Positions 31,146 to 41,562 of a stretch of DNA of 64,000 nt are shown piece after piece. Location: NCBI GenBank assembly GCA_963761125.1, contig CAVXFV010000013.1:24748-88747 (forward strand), given 5' to 3'. The notes beneath the pieces are model-generated. The model was given only the letters and a program-made list of their open reading frames with translations, was not told the DNA's origin and ran no database searches. The position numbers and the translations under genes were made by a program. The stretch is from Candidatus Latescibacterota bacterium. GTDB taxonomy: Bacteria; Krumholzibacteriota; Krumholzibacteriia; WVZY01; JAKEHA01. Numbering within the stretch: the stretch's first letter is position 1; every line of letters starts with the position of its first letter.

Positions 31146-33838
31146 TTAATCGTGGCGGGATGGGTCGGCGAGCAGTGCCGACGCCCAGTTCAGGCGGATG
31201 GAGATCTCGCGCAGCTCGTTGGTTTCACCGACCGGGATTCGAACCAGAAACCGCTTTCCCGAGGGATCGATGTCGATCGTCTGGATGGAACCGTCGCTGT
31301 TGATTTGCGGAAGATCGAAGAGATAGTGAGCCGAGTCGGCAACCAGTGCGCCTTCCCGAACCACGACGGAGGCGGCGACCAGGCCGTTCCCCGATTCGAA
31401 GTAGAGCGTGCGACTGTCGGGCGCCCACATCGGCGAGTTGCCCCCGTTCGGCGAAATCTGGGTACGGCCGCCCGTTCGTCCGATCGGTCGCACGCAGATC
31501 TCGCGCGACCCGGACTCGTCGGTCATGTACGCAATCCAGCGTCCGTCCGGTGACGGAATGCCCCGCAACTGTGAAAGCGGCTCCTGCACGAGGGGACGGG
31601 CGGGGCCGCCGTTGATCGGCACCTCCCAGACGTCGGCGTCGACGCTCCCGTACTCCGAGTACAGAGCCGCGCTTCCGTCGCCGAGCACACCGGAGACCAT
31701 CAACGGCAGGGTGGATTTCTTGAGGACGCGGACCGAGTCTCCCCCGAGCACACTGCGCGTGACGACTTCGACCCCCGTTGAAGTCACCCGTGACCACACC
31801 ATGTGCTGGCCGTCGGGTGTCCAGATGGGCGACCCGTCGTGGCCGCTGAACGTCACCTGGTTTGCGGTCCCGCGCGCGAGGTCGACGAGGAACACGTCTC
31901 CATCACCGCCGCCCGGACCAATCTGCGCCAGCGCGCTCTTCCCGTCCGGGGAGATATCGAAGAACTGGTAGTTGCGCGGTTCGCCGGGAATGGCCGTCGT
32001 GTTGCCCGACAATCTCGCCATGCAAGACGGGCGTCCGACGTGCTCTCCCGCCCCGGCACCATCGCGAGCGTCCCGTTGCGCGCGATGTCGAAGAACGCGA
32101 TCCCGCTGGTCGTCACGCCGAGCACGCCGTCCTGCACCGGAACCGCCGTGGCGCCGCCCTTTGGATCGTCGGGATCGAGCGGCATGGCGTACAGCGATCC
32201 GTTGCGCGCGAAGATCAGGTGACCGCCCGGCGCGTAGCGCGCGCATCCGCCATGCGCGAGCACGCGGCGTTCGCCGCTCTTCACCGAGACCGCTTCGATC
32301 GCCGCGTCGTCGTAGCCGCCCGGACTGTTGGTCACGCCCACGGTGAACACCACCCACTTGCTGCCCGGCAGTCCGCACGGCCAGCGGTGCGTGCGTTCGC
32401 TCTTCGTCGAATCCAGCGTCGTGATCGCATGTGCGTTGCCGCCGTTGGCGTCGATCTGAATGAGTGGCGAGGCGAACGTCGGCGTGAAAACGATCGAGCC
32501 GTCATCGAGCCATGCGCCGCCGCGGTTCGATCCGGCCTCCGCGAGCACAACCGGCGTACCGCCGCGCACGGAGGTCTTGAGCAGGTGGCGGTCTGCGAAG
32601 AACGCCACCCACTCGCCGTCGGGCGAGAAAAATGGGGCGGACGCGTCGTCCGTGCCGGGCAACTCGACGATGTCCGGCCGGTCGAGGCGCCGGACGAACA
32701 GCCGGTGATTGTCGGTCCCCGTCGATGCGGCGAAGACGACCGCGCTCCCGTCGGGCGCGATCCCGACCAGGGCGTTCTCCCGGCCACCGTCGAGGCGATC
32801 GCCGGCGGGCAGCATGACACTCAGCGCGACGCGTGGCGGCGCCGGCGGGCGCGACGAGAACCGCATCGCGATGATTGCAATCAGCGCCGTCGCGACCACG
32901 AGTCCGGTCTGGATCAGCGTCCGACGCCCGCGCCCGGTGCGCACCGGCATGCCGGTCGCGGCGATGGTGCCGGAGTCGCGCGCGGCGTCGCCCAGCGCGA
33001 TGCGCGCTTCGCCGATGTCGCGCAGCCGCTGCTTCGCGTCTTTGGTGAGGCAACGCGCGAGGAGTGTGCGCACGCGCGGCGGTGTGGCCGCGGGCAACGC
33101 GCTCCAGTCCGGTTCCGTTTGCAGAATCTTCGCGATGAGATCCGAGACCGTGTCGCCGTCGAACAGCGGACGACCCGCGAGACATTCGTAGAGCACGCAT
33201 CCGAACGACCAGATGTCCGTGCGGCGATCGATGGCTTTGCCGCGCGCCTGTTCGGGACTCATGTACGCCGCCGTGCCCAGGATGACGCCGGCGTTCGTCG
33301 CCATGTGCGTCAAGGTCGGCGACGCCGAGAGATTCGGATCCGACGACAACGCGCCCGCCGCGCCCGCCTTGGCCAGTCCGAAGTCCAGCACCTTGACGAC
33401 GCCGTCGGGCTTGATCATCACGTTTCCCGGCTTGAGGTCGCGGTGGACGATGCCCGCTTCGTGCGCCGTTTCGATCGCCGCGGCCACCATCGCGCAGATG
33501 TGGAGCGCGTCGTCCATCGGCAGCGGTCCGCGCGCGAGGCGTGCAGCCAGGGTTTCGCCTTCGACAAATTCGAGCACGAGATAGCGCGTGCCGTCCGCGT
33601 CCTCGACGCCGTGGATGCCGGCGATGTTGGGGTGCGACAGCGACGCGAGCAACTTGGCTTCGCGTTCGAAGCGCGCGAGGCGTTCGGCGTCCTGCGCGAA
33701 CTCGGCGGGCAATGCCTTGATGGCGACGTCGCGGCCGAGCCGCGTATCGCGCGCACGATAGACCTCGCCCATGCCGCCCGCGCCGAGGGGCGCGGTGATT
33801 TCGTAAGGACCGAGACGGGTGCCGGGAGAGAGACTCAT
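31146..33838 (-). CDS. Ser/Thr protein kinase - TM - TolB-like beta-propeller protein (STK6); single frameshift at about 32011
   Basis: The 661-aa ORF 31853..33838 carries [66 protein letters not shown], a TM segment and propeller. It continues in ORF 31146..32378 as (..ARLAWRD)LSGNTTAIPGEPRNYQFFDISPDGKSAL.. and ends ..IRLNWASALLADPSRHD. The junction is repaired by restoring tt to ttt. Confidence 0.9.
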
Positions 33839-33847
33839 CGTGGCGGG

Positions 33848-36547
33848 TTACCGGGTTTCCACCTTGCGCGTCCAGTCGGTGATCAAGGTCACCGGCGACG
33901 CCAGGTCTTCTTCGAGCGGCGCGGTCACGAGAAAGCGCTGGCCGTCGGGCGCCACGTCGTAGCGGCACTGTCCGCCGGCGCCGTGAAACTGGAACAGTTT
34001 CTTCGCCGCGCCGGTCTGGAACCCGGTCGCCGACGTCTCGACGTCGACCGCGACCACATAGTTCTGTGGATCGACGTAGAACAGTTCGCGCCCGTTGCGA
34101 TTCCATCGCGGCTCGGAGCCGCCGGCCTGCGACACCTGCCACCGGCCGCCCGACTGGGAAAAGGTCTGGACGAATACTTCGCCGCGGCCGGTCTCGTCGG
34201 ACGTATAGGCGACGAATTTACCGTCGGGAGAAAACTGGGCGCTGAATTCCTGCGCCTTGCTGGCGACGAACACCTTGGGTTCTCCGCCCGCGACGGGCAC
34301 GGCAAAGATATCGCTCGCGAGACGATCGCTCGAATTTTCCGGCGAGTACAGCAAGACGGTGCCCCATGCGCTGTGTGGCCACGCAAAGTCGCTGCTCGGG
34401 ACGATCCGCCACGACCGCGTGCCGTCGATCGCGATGGCATCGATTCCGCCGTTTCCGGGATCGTTGGTCGTCACCGCGACCGTTCGGCCGTCGGGAAGAA
34501 ACACGGCGTCGGGATGATCGGCGGTGTCGACGGTGAGTTTTCGGCGCCGGCCGGATGCCAGGTCGACCAGCCACACGTCCGACACGCCGCGTTCACGATT
34601 GGCAATTGCAAGCGCCGCGCTGCGGCCGTCGGGCGAGATACTCGGCTTTCCGCCGTAGGTGTAGTCCGCGGGGTCGCCGACGTTGGCGAGCACGTGGCCC
34701 GAGCGATCCAGCCACCGAAGTTGTGTCCGCGTCTGGTTGTTGCCGGTCATGCACACGAGAACGCCGTTGCTCGACGCGGCGAACACGCCGCGGCTGAAGC
34801 GCTCGTCCATGCGCACGTCGTCTACCAGCGGCACCGCGGGGCCGGTCACTTTCAGCGCGCCCGCGTCGAAGCGCTGCGCGACCAGCACCGTGCCGCGCAC
34901 ATACATGAGGTAGCCCGACGCGTAGATCACGTTGGACGCAACCTCCAGCACCTGCGTGCGCGCGTTGGACCCGAGTTCTCCGACGAAGATGATCGGACTC
35001 TCCCCGGCGCCCGCGCCCGCGCGTCGCGCCAGATAGAGAAAGTGACGGCCGTCGGGGAGGAAGCACGGATAGCGGTGGGTCGCTTCTCCCACGGTCGAAT
35101 CCAGCGCGGTGACCGCGGTCAACGGACCGCCGTCGGCCGCGATCCGCGACACCGGCCCGTACGAGTTGCGCGTGAACAGAATGTCGCCGTCCGAATTCCA
35201 CGTACCCCCTCGCGGATCGATGTCGCTCGCGAGTGTGATCACCGGGCCGCCCGCGACGTCGATACGCTTGAGTTCGCCTCCGGCGAAGAATCCCAGCGAG
35301 CGGCCGTCCGGAGAAAAGAACGGGCCTTGCGCGCCTTCGGTGCCGGAGAGCGAATGCGCGTCGTCGCCGCCCAGCGATCGCACCCACAGCAGGTCCGGGC
35401 CCTCGCCGTCGCGCGCGCAAAACGCCACCGTCGCGCCGTCCGGAGAAATGGCGAGCGGGAGCGGTTTGTCGGTGCTCGAGGAGAACAACACACCCTTCGG
35501 CGGCTGGAGGAACGCGTGCACCGGCGGTCGCACGGGCTTCGGGCGCGTGGCCACGAACGCCGCGGCGCCCGCCGCGACGACCGCGAGCGATGCCACGATC
35601 CACGCCAGTCGCTCGCGGCTCCGGCGTTTCTTCGCCACCGGTTTGGGAACGCCCGCCTGCGACCCGCCCTCTTCGATCCACGACAATTGCAGCTTGATGT
35701 CGTGCGCGCTCTGCAACCGATCCGTCGGATCTTTGGCGAGACACGCCTGCACCAGACGGTCGAGCGCCGGCGGCGCCATCGGCGTGACCTGCGAGATCGG
35801 CTCGGGTCGCGATCCCATGATCGACGAGATCAGCGACGCCTGGCTCTTGCCTTCGAAGGCGCGTCTGCCCGTCACCATCTCGTAGAGCACGCAGCCGAGC
35901 GCCCACATGTCGCTGCGGGCATCGGCCTCCTTGCCTTCGAGCTGCTCGGGCGCCATGTACTGGAACGTGCCGACGATCGTGCCTTCGGCGGTGAGCGGTT
36001 GCGCCATCGTGGGCGACTGCGTGAGTGCTGCCATCGTGACGCCGCTGTCGCCGGCTGCGCGCCGTATGCCGGTCGCGCGCGCCAGGCCGAAGTCCATCAG
36101 TTTGGCGCCGCGTTTTGGTGAGCATGACGTTGCCGGGTTTCAGATCGCGGTGCACGACGCCCGCGCGGTGCGCGCGGTCCAGCGCGTCGGCGATCTGCGA
36201 TCCGATGCGGAGCACCTCGGCCGCGGGCAGCGGCCCCTCTGCGATGCGCGCCGGCGAGCGTCTCGCCGTCGATCAGCTCCATGACGAGATAGTCGGTCTC
36301 GCCCTCGCGACCGACGTCGAAGAGCGTGCAGATGTGCGGATGGTTCAGCGACGAGACGGTTTTCGCCTCGCGCTCGAAGCGCGCGCGGACCTCCGGCGTT
36401 CGCGGACAGGTGCTTGGGCAGCACCTTGACCGCCACGTCGCGCCCGAGCCGCGTGTCGCGGGCGCGGTACACCTCGCCCATGCCGCCCGCGCCGAGGGGC
36501 GAGACGATTTCATAGGGGCCGAGTTTGGTTCCGGGAGAGAGACTCAT
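33848..36547 (-). pseudogene. Ser/Thr protein kinase - TM - TolB-like beta-propeller protein (STK7); about 4 frame changes, all within the kinase domain
   Basis: [50 protein letters not shown] (36140..36547); [48 protein letters not shown] (36097..36513); [15 protein letters not shown] (34593..36215 frame). The intact 749-aa ORF 33848..36097 runs from DFGLARA through FQYMAPEQ, the TM segment and propeller, and ends ..LITDWTRKVETR. Confidence 0.9.
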
Positions 36548-36566
36548 TAGTGTGTGGTAACGAAAG

Positions 36567-36595
36567 AGCCTAGCCGATGGCAGGCCCCTTGTCTA
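36567..36595 (-). promoter_or_regulatory. Candidate promoter of STK7 (TAGACA-N17-TAGGCT)
   Basis: Minus strand reads TAGACA (36595..36590), a 17-nt spacer containing CCATCGG, then TAGGCT (36572..36567), 19 nt before ATG 36547. Confidence 0.35.
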
Positions 36596-36796
36596 CGACG
36601 AGCCCCGACGGGTCCGCTGAAACTCTCCCGAAGACCCGCAATTTGCCCGTTGATCGACCCGTTCCGATGAGAGAGAATCGGCCCTGCCGGAGAAATCGGC
36701 GTTCAAAACTCCCGTTCTCCGGTTCAATCCCTCCATACGACGTGTAAACGCGGCCGCGATCTTCTGGCGACTCAGCGAAACAGAGGAAATCTGATC

Positions 36797-38899
36797 ATGC
36801 ATACGCTTTCTACCAAATCGATTCGACTGGTGGCGATCGCCGTTGTGTTCGGCGTCGCCGGATTCCTGACATCTGGAAGCCGGTTGCTTGCCGGCACTGC
36901 GGTAGATCAACACCCGGAACTCGGAGACTTTGGCGTGGATCTCACGGCCCGCGACCCCGCCGCGAAGCCCGGCGACGACTTCTACCGCTACGCCAACGGG
37001 CACTGGCTGGACACCTTCGAAATTCCCGCGGATCTTTCCGGATACGGCGCCTTCACCGCTCTCTTCCTCCGCGTCGAGGATCAGATCAAGGGAATCATCG
37101 AGGAGCAGGCGAAGGCGGGCGGCGCCGAGGGAACCCTGGGTTGGAAGATCGGAGAGCTCTACAGCGAGTACCTGGATGTCGACGGACTCGATGCCAAAGG
37201 TCTGACGCCGCTCGAGCCCACCATTCAGAAGATCGATGCGGCCAAGACCCACGAGGATATCGCCGGCCTGATGGGCGAAGTGGGCCGGGTGGACGGAGCC
37301 GGTTCGTATCGGGGAGGCGGCAACACCCTCTTCGAGTTCTATATCGACCAGGACGAGAAGATCCCCACGACGTACATCCCGCATTTCAGACAGAGCGGGC
37401 TCGGGCTCCCCGACCGCGACTACTATCTGAAGGACGACAACCCGCGCTTCGTCGCGGCCAGGCAGGCATATCGCGACTACCTGGAAAAACTGTTCACGCT
37501 GGCCGGCAAGAGCGACCCCGGGATGCGCGCGGATCGGATTCTCGCCATGGAGACCGAGGTGGCGAAGGCCCACTGGCCCGCCGAGCAGACCCGGGATCTG
37601 GACAAGACCTACAACAAGCTCAGCCGTGCCGACATCAAGAAGCTCGCACCGGACTTCCCGTGGGATCCCTATCTGGATGCGCTCAAGATGGGGTCGCAGG
37701 ACAAGTTCATCGTCATGTCTCCGAGTGCGTACACCGCCATGGCAACCGTTTTCAAAGCGACGCCGGTCGACGTCTGGCAGGATTACCTGGTGTACCGAGT
37801 GCTTCGCAACAACGCTCCCTACCTGACCAAGAACCTGGACGACATCACCTTCGCGTTCACGTCCAAGGCGATCACCGGAACCAGCGAACAGCGGGATCGC
37901 TGGAAACGGGGCGTCCAGTTCGTAAACGGAACGATGGGCGACGCGGTGGGCAAGCTGTACGTCGAGAAATATTTCTCCCCCGTCGCCAAGGCACGGATCG
38001 ACCAGCTGGTGAAGAATCTCCTCGTCGCCATGGGCGATCGTATCGATCACGCCTCCTGGATGAGCGACGCGACCCGGAAGGCCGCCCGCGAGAAGCTGGC
38101 CAAGTTCACCGTCAAGATCGGCTACCCCGACAAGTGGCGCGACTATTCGGCCCTCGAGATCCGGCCCGACGACCTCCTGGGTAACGCCATGCGCGCGAAC
38201 ATGTTCCGGTACGACGACATGGTCTCGCGCCTCGGCAAGCCGGTGGACCGCTCCCGCTGGGGCATGACGCCGCAGACCGTCAACGCGTACTACAACTCTA
38301 CCAACAACGAGATCGTCTTCCCCGCCGCCATTCTCCAGCCGCCGTTCTTCAACGTCGAGGCGGACGACGCGGTCAACTATGGCGGGATCGGCGCGGTGAT
38401 CGGTCACGAGATCAGCCACGGATTCGACGATCAAGGCAGCAAGTCCGACGGCGACGGCAACTTGCGCGACTGGTTCACGCCGGAGGATCTCAAGGCCTTC
38501 CAGGAGCGGACCACCAAACTGGCGGATCAGTACTCGTCGTACGTGCCGATCGACACGCTGCACATCAACGGCCGCCTCACGCTCGGCGAGAACATCGGCG
38601 ACCTGAGCGGGCTGGCAGTGGCGCTCCGCGCGTATCACATGTCGCTGCACGGGAAGGAGGCGCCGGTGATCGGCGGCTTCACGGGCGATCAGCGCTTCTT
38701 CCTGGGGTTCGCGCAGGTTTGGAAGGGCAAGCTGCGGGACGCCGCACTCGCCAGCCGGCTGGCGTCGAACGAACACAGCCCGGCGGAGTGTCGCGTGAAC
38801 GGTCCGCTACCCAACGTCGATAGCTGGTACACCGCATTCCACGTCGAGCCGGGCGATTCGTTGTATCTCGCGCCCGACAAGCGCATCCACATCTGGTAG
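36797..38899 (+). CDS. M13 family metallopeptidase (neprilysin/PepO/endothelin-converting-enzyme-like), secreted, intact 700 aa
   Basis: GAGGAA RBS and an N-terminal signal/anchor. Motifs: NAYYNSTNNEIVFPAAILQPPFF, GGIGAVIGHEISHGFDDQG (HExxH), GENIGDLSG (ExxxD), C-terminal ..NVDSWYTAFHV..IHIW. Confidence 0.93.
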   Translation: MHTLSTKSIRLVAIAVVFGVAGFLTSGSRLLAGTAVDQHPELGDFGVDLTARDPAAKPGDDFYRYANGHWLDTFEIPADLSGYGAFTALFLRVEDQIKGIIEEQAKAGGAEGTLGWKIGELYSEYLDVDGLDAKGLTPLEPTIQKIDAAKTHEDIAGLMGEVGRVDGAGSYRGGGNTLFEFYIDQDEKIPTTYIPHFRQSGLGLPDRDYYLKDDNPRFVAARQAYRDYLEKLFTLAGKSDPGMRADRILAMETEVAKAHWPAEQTRDLDKTYNKLSRADIKKLAPDFPWDPYLDALKMGSQDKFIVMSPSAYTAMATVFKATPVDVWQDYLVYRVLRNNAPYLTKNLDDITFAFTSKAITGTSEQRDRWKRGVQFVNGTMGDAVGKLYVEKYFSPVAKARIDQLVKNLLVAMGDRIDHASWMSDATRKAAREKLAKFTVKIGYPDKWRDYSALEIRPDDLLGNAMRANMFRYDDMVSRLGKPVDRSRWGMTPQTVNAYYNSTNNEIVFPAAILQPPFFNVEADDAVNYGGIGAVIGHEISHGFDDQGSKSDGDGNLRDWFTPEDLKAFQERTTKLADQYSSYVPIDTLHINGRLTLGENIGDLSGLAVALRAYHMSLHGKEAPVIGGFTGDQRFFLGFAQVWKGKLRDAALASRLASNEHSPAECRVNGPLPNVDSWYTAFHVEPGDSLYLAPDKRIHIW

Positions 38900-38923
38900 G
38901 CGCGCGCGGCGGGCGGCCGTCGA

Positions 38924-38956
38924 GGGGCAGGACTGCGTTCAACGCGGTCCTGCCCC
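38924..38956. terminator. Hairpin between convergent genes (possible bidirectional terminator, no U-tract)
   Basis: GGGGCAGGAC (38924-38933) pairs perfectly with GTCCTGCCCC (38947-38956), and inner GCG/CGC pairs extend the stem. It lies between the M13 stop (38899) and the iminopeptidase stop (38971). Confidence 0.4.
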
Positions 38957-38970
38957 GCCGGCCGCTTCGA

Positions 38971-40008
38971 TCAGAAGCGACCGGCGTCGACGTCCTCGAT
39001 AAACGTCACGACACCCGTCATGTAGGTCTTCTGGTCGTCGTAGATCGCGAGGTGGCTGCCGTTGGGGCAGTAGAGGTAGCGTCCCTTCTTCACCTGGCCG
39101 GCCATCCACTCCATGTGCTTCGGGTCCATCGTGTCGTAACGGGCCCCGATAGTCAGCGTCGGCACTGTGATCTTGCCGAGATCGCCCGAGCGGTCCCAAT
39201 TCTCCAGTTTTCCGCTCAATCCAAGCTCACTCGGTCCCTGCATCAGGACGTAGATATTCGGGTTCACGTGGGCGAGCGTGCGGTTCACCGGGTCGGGCCA
39301 CTGGTCGGGTGACATGCGCAGCAGATGCTGGGTGTAGTGGTTCACCATCAGCAGCTCCATGTAGTGCGGGTCGTCGGTCTTCCCCGTCGCCTCCATGTTC
39401 TTGATCTCGGCGAGGGCCTGCGGATCCATCGCCGGCATCAGAACCTTCTGCGCGTACTCATTATAGGCGGGCGCGCTGGACATCATGTCGGAAATGATGA
39501 GCCCCTTGAGGTTCTGCTGGTACTTGAGCGCATACTCGATGGCAAGGATGCCGCCCCACGAGTGTCCGTAGAGGTAGAAATTGTCTTTGTTCAGCCCGAG
39601 CGCCTGGCGGACCTGTTCCACTTCCTCGACGAAACGCGCGGTATCCCACAACTCGGGATTGTCCGGCTGGTCGCTGTAGAACGAGCCGAGCTGGTCGTAG
39701 TAGTAATACTCGATTCCGGCGGCGGGCAGATAACTATCGAACGCCTCCAGATATTCGTGCGTCATGCCGGGACCGCCGTGCAGCAACAGCACCTTGATCC
39801 GCGGATTGTTGCCAACGCGTTTGGTCCAGACATGGAACGTCCCCGACGGCGTCGTAACGGGAATCATCTTCACGCCGCCGCTCAAGGCATCGTCGCGCCC
39901 CGAATTGTCCAGATAACTCGCAGGAACGCACTGCTGATGGGCCTTCTCGCCGGCGCAGCCGGCGAGCACCATGACGCCCAGAAACACAACCGTCGCGAAT
40001 CGTTTCAC
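38971..40008 (-). CDS. Proline iminopeptidase-family alpha/beta hydrolase (S33), lipoprotein
   Basis: GTG at 40008 preceded by GGGAGG. VKRFATVVFLGVMVLAGC lipobox; LLLHGGPGMTHEYL; YLYGHSWGGILAIEYA (GxSxG); C-terminal ..CPNGSHLAIYDDQ. The ORF-track start at 40311 would overlap the upstream gene and encodes an Arg/Ser/Cys-rich extension. Confidence 0.85.
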   Translation of the reverse strand: MKRFATVVFLGVMVLAGCAGEKAHQQCVPASYLDNSGRDDALSGGVKMIPVTTPSGTFHVWTKRVGNNPRIKVLLLHGGPGMTHEYLEAFDSYLPAAGIEYYYYDQLGSFYSDQPDNPELWDTARFVEEVEQVRQALGLNKDNFYLYGHSWGGILAIEYALKYQQNLKGLIISDMMSSAPAYNEYAQKVLMPAMDPQALAEIKNMEATGKTDDPHYMELLMVNHYTQHLLRMSPDQWPDPVNRTLAHVNPNIYVLMQGPSELGLSGKLENWDRSGDLGKITVPTLTIGARYDTMDPKHMEWMAGQVKKGRYLYCPNGSHLAIYDDQKTYMTGVVTFIEDVDAGRF

Positions 40009-40075
40009 CGAAGAACCTCCCGGGTCGGGAAAGGATGCCTTCGACGAAGCGAGGTCGTCAAGAATGAGTTGTGCG

Positions 40076-41464
40076 CTAGCGCAGCGTGGTCGAGCGGATG
40101 CCGACGCGGTTGCCGTTGGTGCGCACCTCGACGAACACGCAGGGACGATGACCCAACGCTTCGTCGCGGCTCTGGACTTGCAAGACGTGCCAATTCGGGC
40201 GTTCGATGCGGAGCCCATGCATGATGTACGGCCGCGCCGCGATTGGCTCCTGCACGACGCATACCGACACGTCCCGCTCGCCATCCAGGTACGCCAGCGC
40301 GAGTCCGACAATGTGCCGGTAGTCGCCCGTCATCCGGCTCCAGTTCCGGTTTCGCAACGAGACCTGCGCGGCCTCGCCGACGATGATCCCCGCGAGCACG
40401 ACGATCGCCACCGGGCGAAACATCGCGCGCCAGCGCCGAACGTCCCACAACGCGACCAGCAGCAACGCGAACGCGGCGCACACGCCCAGAGACGAGAGGT
40501 AGTAATAGCGATCCTGCGTCACCATCCGGGTGGAGAAGAAGCGGAAGGTAAAGAGCGATGCCGGCAGGAGACCTATCAGGGCCCACGCGAGGGCCAGTCC
40601 CATCTGGCGCCCGCGGCGCGCCAGCGCGGCCACGCCGAGCAGCGCGGCGATCACCGGGAGTGCGAGGATCTCCGGCCAGAACGCGTGCGTCGATTCGCGA
40701 ATCGTGCGGCCGACATGCGCCAGCGACGTCAGCCACCACGGATAGACTTCATAGAGAAACCCGCCCGCCACGTTTCGAAGCATGTGCAGTCCCGGTGTCC
40801 AGTTGCTCTGTGAAAGCCGTCCGATGACAAGCAGTCGCGCGATCATGTACAGCGCGGTCACGGCGCCGAACGCCACGACCGCGTTGCGGGTGACGAGCAC
40901 GCGACGCCGGTGCCACCCGTAGACAAACAGCAGGCATACCAGCAGAAATCCGGCCGTGGCCGTCTCCTTGGACATCAGCGCGAGGAAATAGGCCGCCAGC
41001 GCCAGCGCGAGCGAGCGTCGCCCGCCGCGCATCAGGACGACCAGCGAAAGCAGCAGGAAGAACGTGGCGATCGACGTGGTCCGCGCCGATATCCAGATGA
41101 CGGCGGTCTGGTGGATGCTCGTCACGAGGAAGAGGAGGGCCGCACACGCGGCGACGCGCCGGTCGTCGAACAATCGCTTCAGCAGCAGGTAGGCCAGGAC
41201 CGTGTTGGCGAAGTGAAGCGCGATGTTCTCGAAGTAGTAGAGTCCGGTGTTGCCGGGAACGAGATGTTCCTGAACGAAGAACACCACATTGATGAACGGG
41301 CGGAAGAAATTCACGACGCGGAAGCCGAGCACGTTGCCCGGGTGCATGTCGTACCGGGCGCTGCTGATCCATTCGAAGTCGTCGTTGTAGAGGTACTGGC
41401 CGAGGATGCGGTGGTAGAGAATGAAGACGAACGCGGCGCCGGCGATCGCGAGGATGATCTCCAA
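40076..41464 (-). CDS. Polytopic membrane protein, GT-C-fold (PMT/TMTC/ArnT-like) glycosyltransferase-like
   Basis: Intact 462-aa ORF with more than 10 hydrophobic segments. The N-terminal pattern YNDDFEWI..FFRPFINVVFF..LHFANTVLAYLLL..AALLFLVTSIHQTAVIWISARTTSIATFF resembles the membrane domain of the PMT_2/TMTC family. Family call is from memory only. Confidence 0.5.
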   Translation of the reverse strand: MEIILAIAGAAFVFILYHRILGQYLYNDDFEWISSARYDMHPGNVLGFRVVNFFRPFINVVFFVQEHLVPGNTGLYYFENIALHFANTVLAYLLLKRLFDDRRVAACAALLFLVTSIHQTAVIWISARTTSIATFFLLLSLVVLMRGGRRSLALALAAYFLALMSKETATAGFLLVCLLFVYGWHRRRVLVTRNAVVAFGAVTALYMIARLLVIGRLSQSNWTPGLHMLRNVAGGFLYEVYPWWLTSLAHVGRTIRESTHAFWPEILALPVIAALLGVAALARRGRQMGLALAWALIGLLPASLFTFRFFSTRMVTQDRYYYLSSLGVCAAFALLLVALWDVRRWRAMFRPVAIVVLAGIIVGEAAQVSLRNRNWSRMTGDYRHIVGLALAYLDGERDVSVCVVQEPIAARPYIMHGLRIERPNWHVLQVQSRDEALGHRPCVFVEVRTNGNRVGIRSTTLR

Positions 41465-41562
41465 CGATCGCGGCTCGACCGCCAGGGCGGTCGGCCCGGG
41501 GGTTTCGATTTGGCGTTAGGCATCGCTACCGGATATCGGACGGTGAACCATGGGGTAAGTAC

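Noticed and set aside
31862-36121. 1419-aa plus-strand ORF spanning two kinase genes. Similar long ORFs lie antisense to well-supported genes: 36593..38776(-), 8142..9632(-), 10626..11888(-), 20114..21475(+), 21262..22764(+), 23077..24141(+), 24229..25539(+), 55876..57684(+), 58179..59585(+), 59743..61638(-), 60078..62000(+).
   Set aside because: All are extremely Arg/Gly/His/Asp-rich, have no recognisable motifs, and lie exactly antisense to genes with strong family signatures. Stop-poor antisense frames are expected at this GC content.
13058-36547. Diversity-generating retroelement or other targeted hypermutation acting on the variable propeller domains.
   Set aside because: No reverse transcriptase, template repeat or adenine-specific substitution pattern is visible. 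Divergence extends over whole domains, consistent with old duplications.
38971-40311. ORF-track start at 40311 for the iminopeptidase (446 aa).
   Set aside because: The extra 101 residues are Arg/Ser/Cys-rich and overlap the 3' end of the upstream membrane-protein gene. GTG 40008 has a GGGAGG RBS and yields a classic lipoprotein signal peptide.
41465-41562. A second copy of the tRNA-fragment (att) repeat at the hsdR-distal edge of the islet (GGGGGTTTCGATTTGG).
   Set aside because: There is only a vague resemblance to the TTCGAAT T-loop region, no matching stem or acceptor sequence, and it cannot be aligned without indels.
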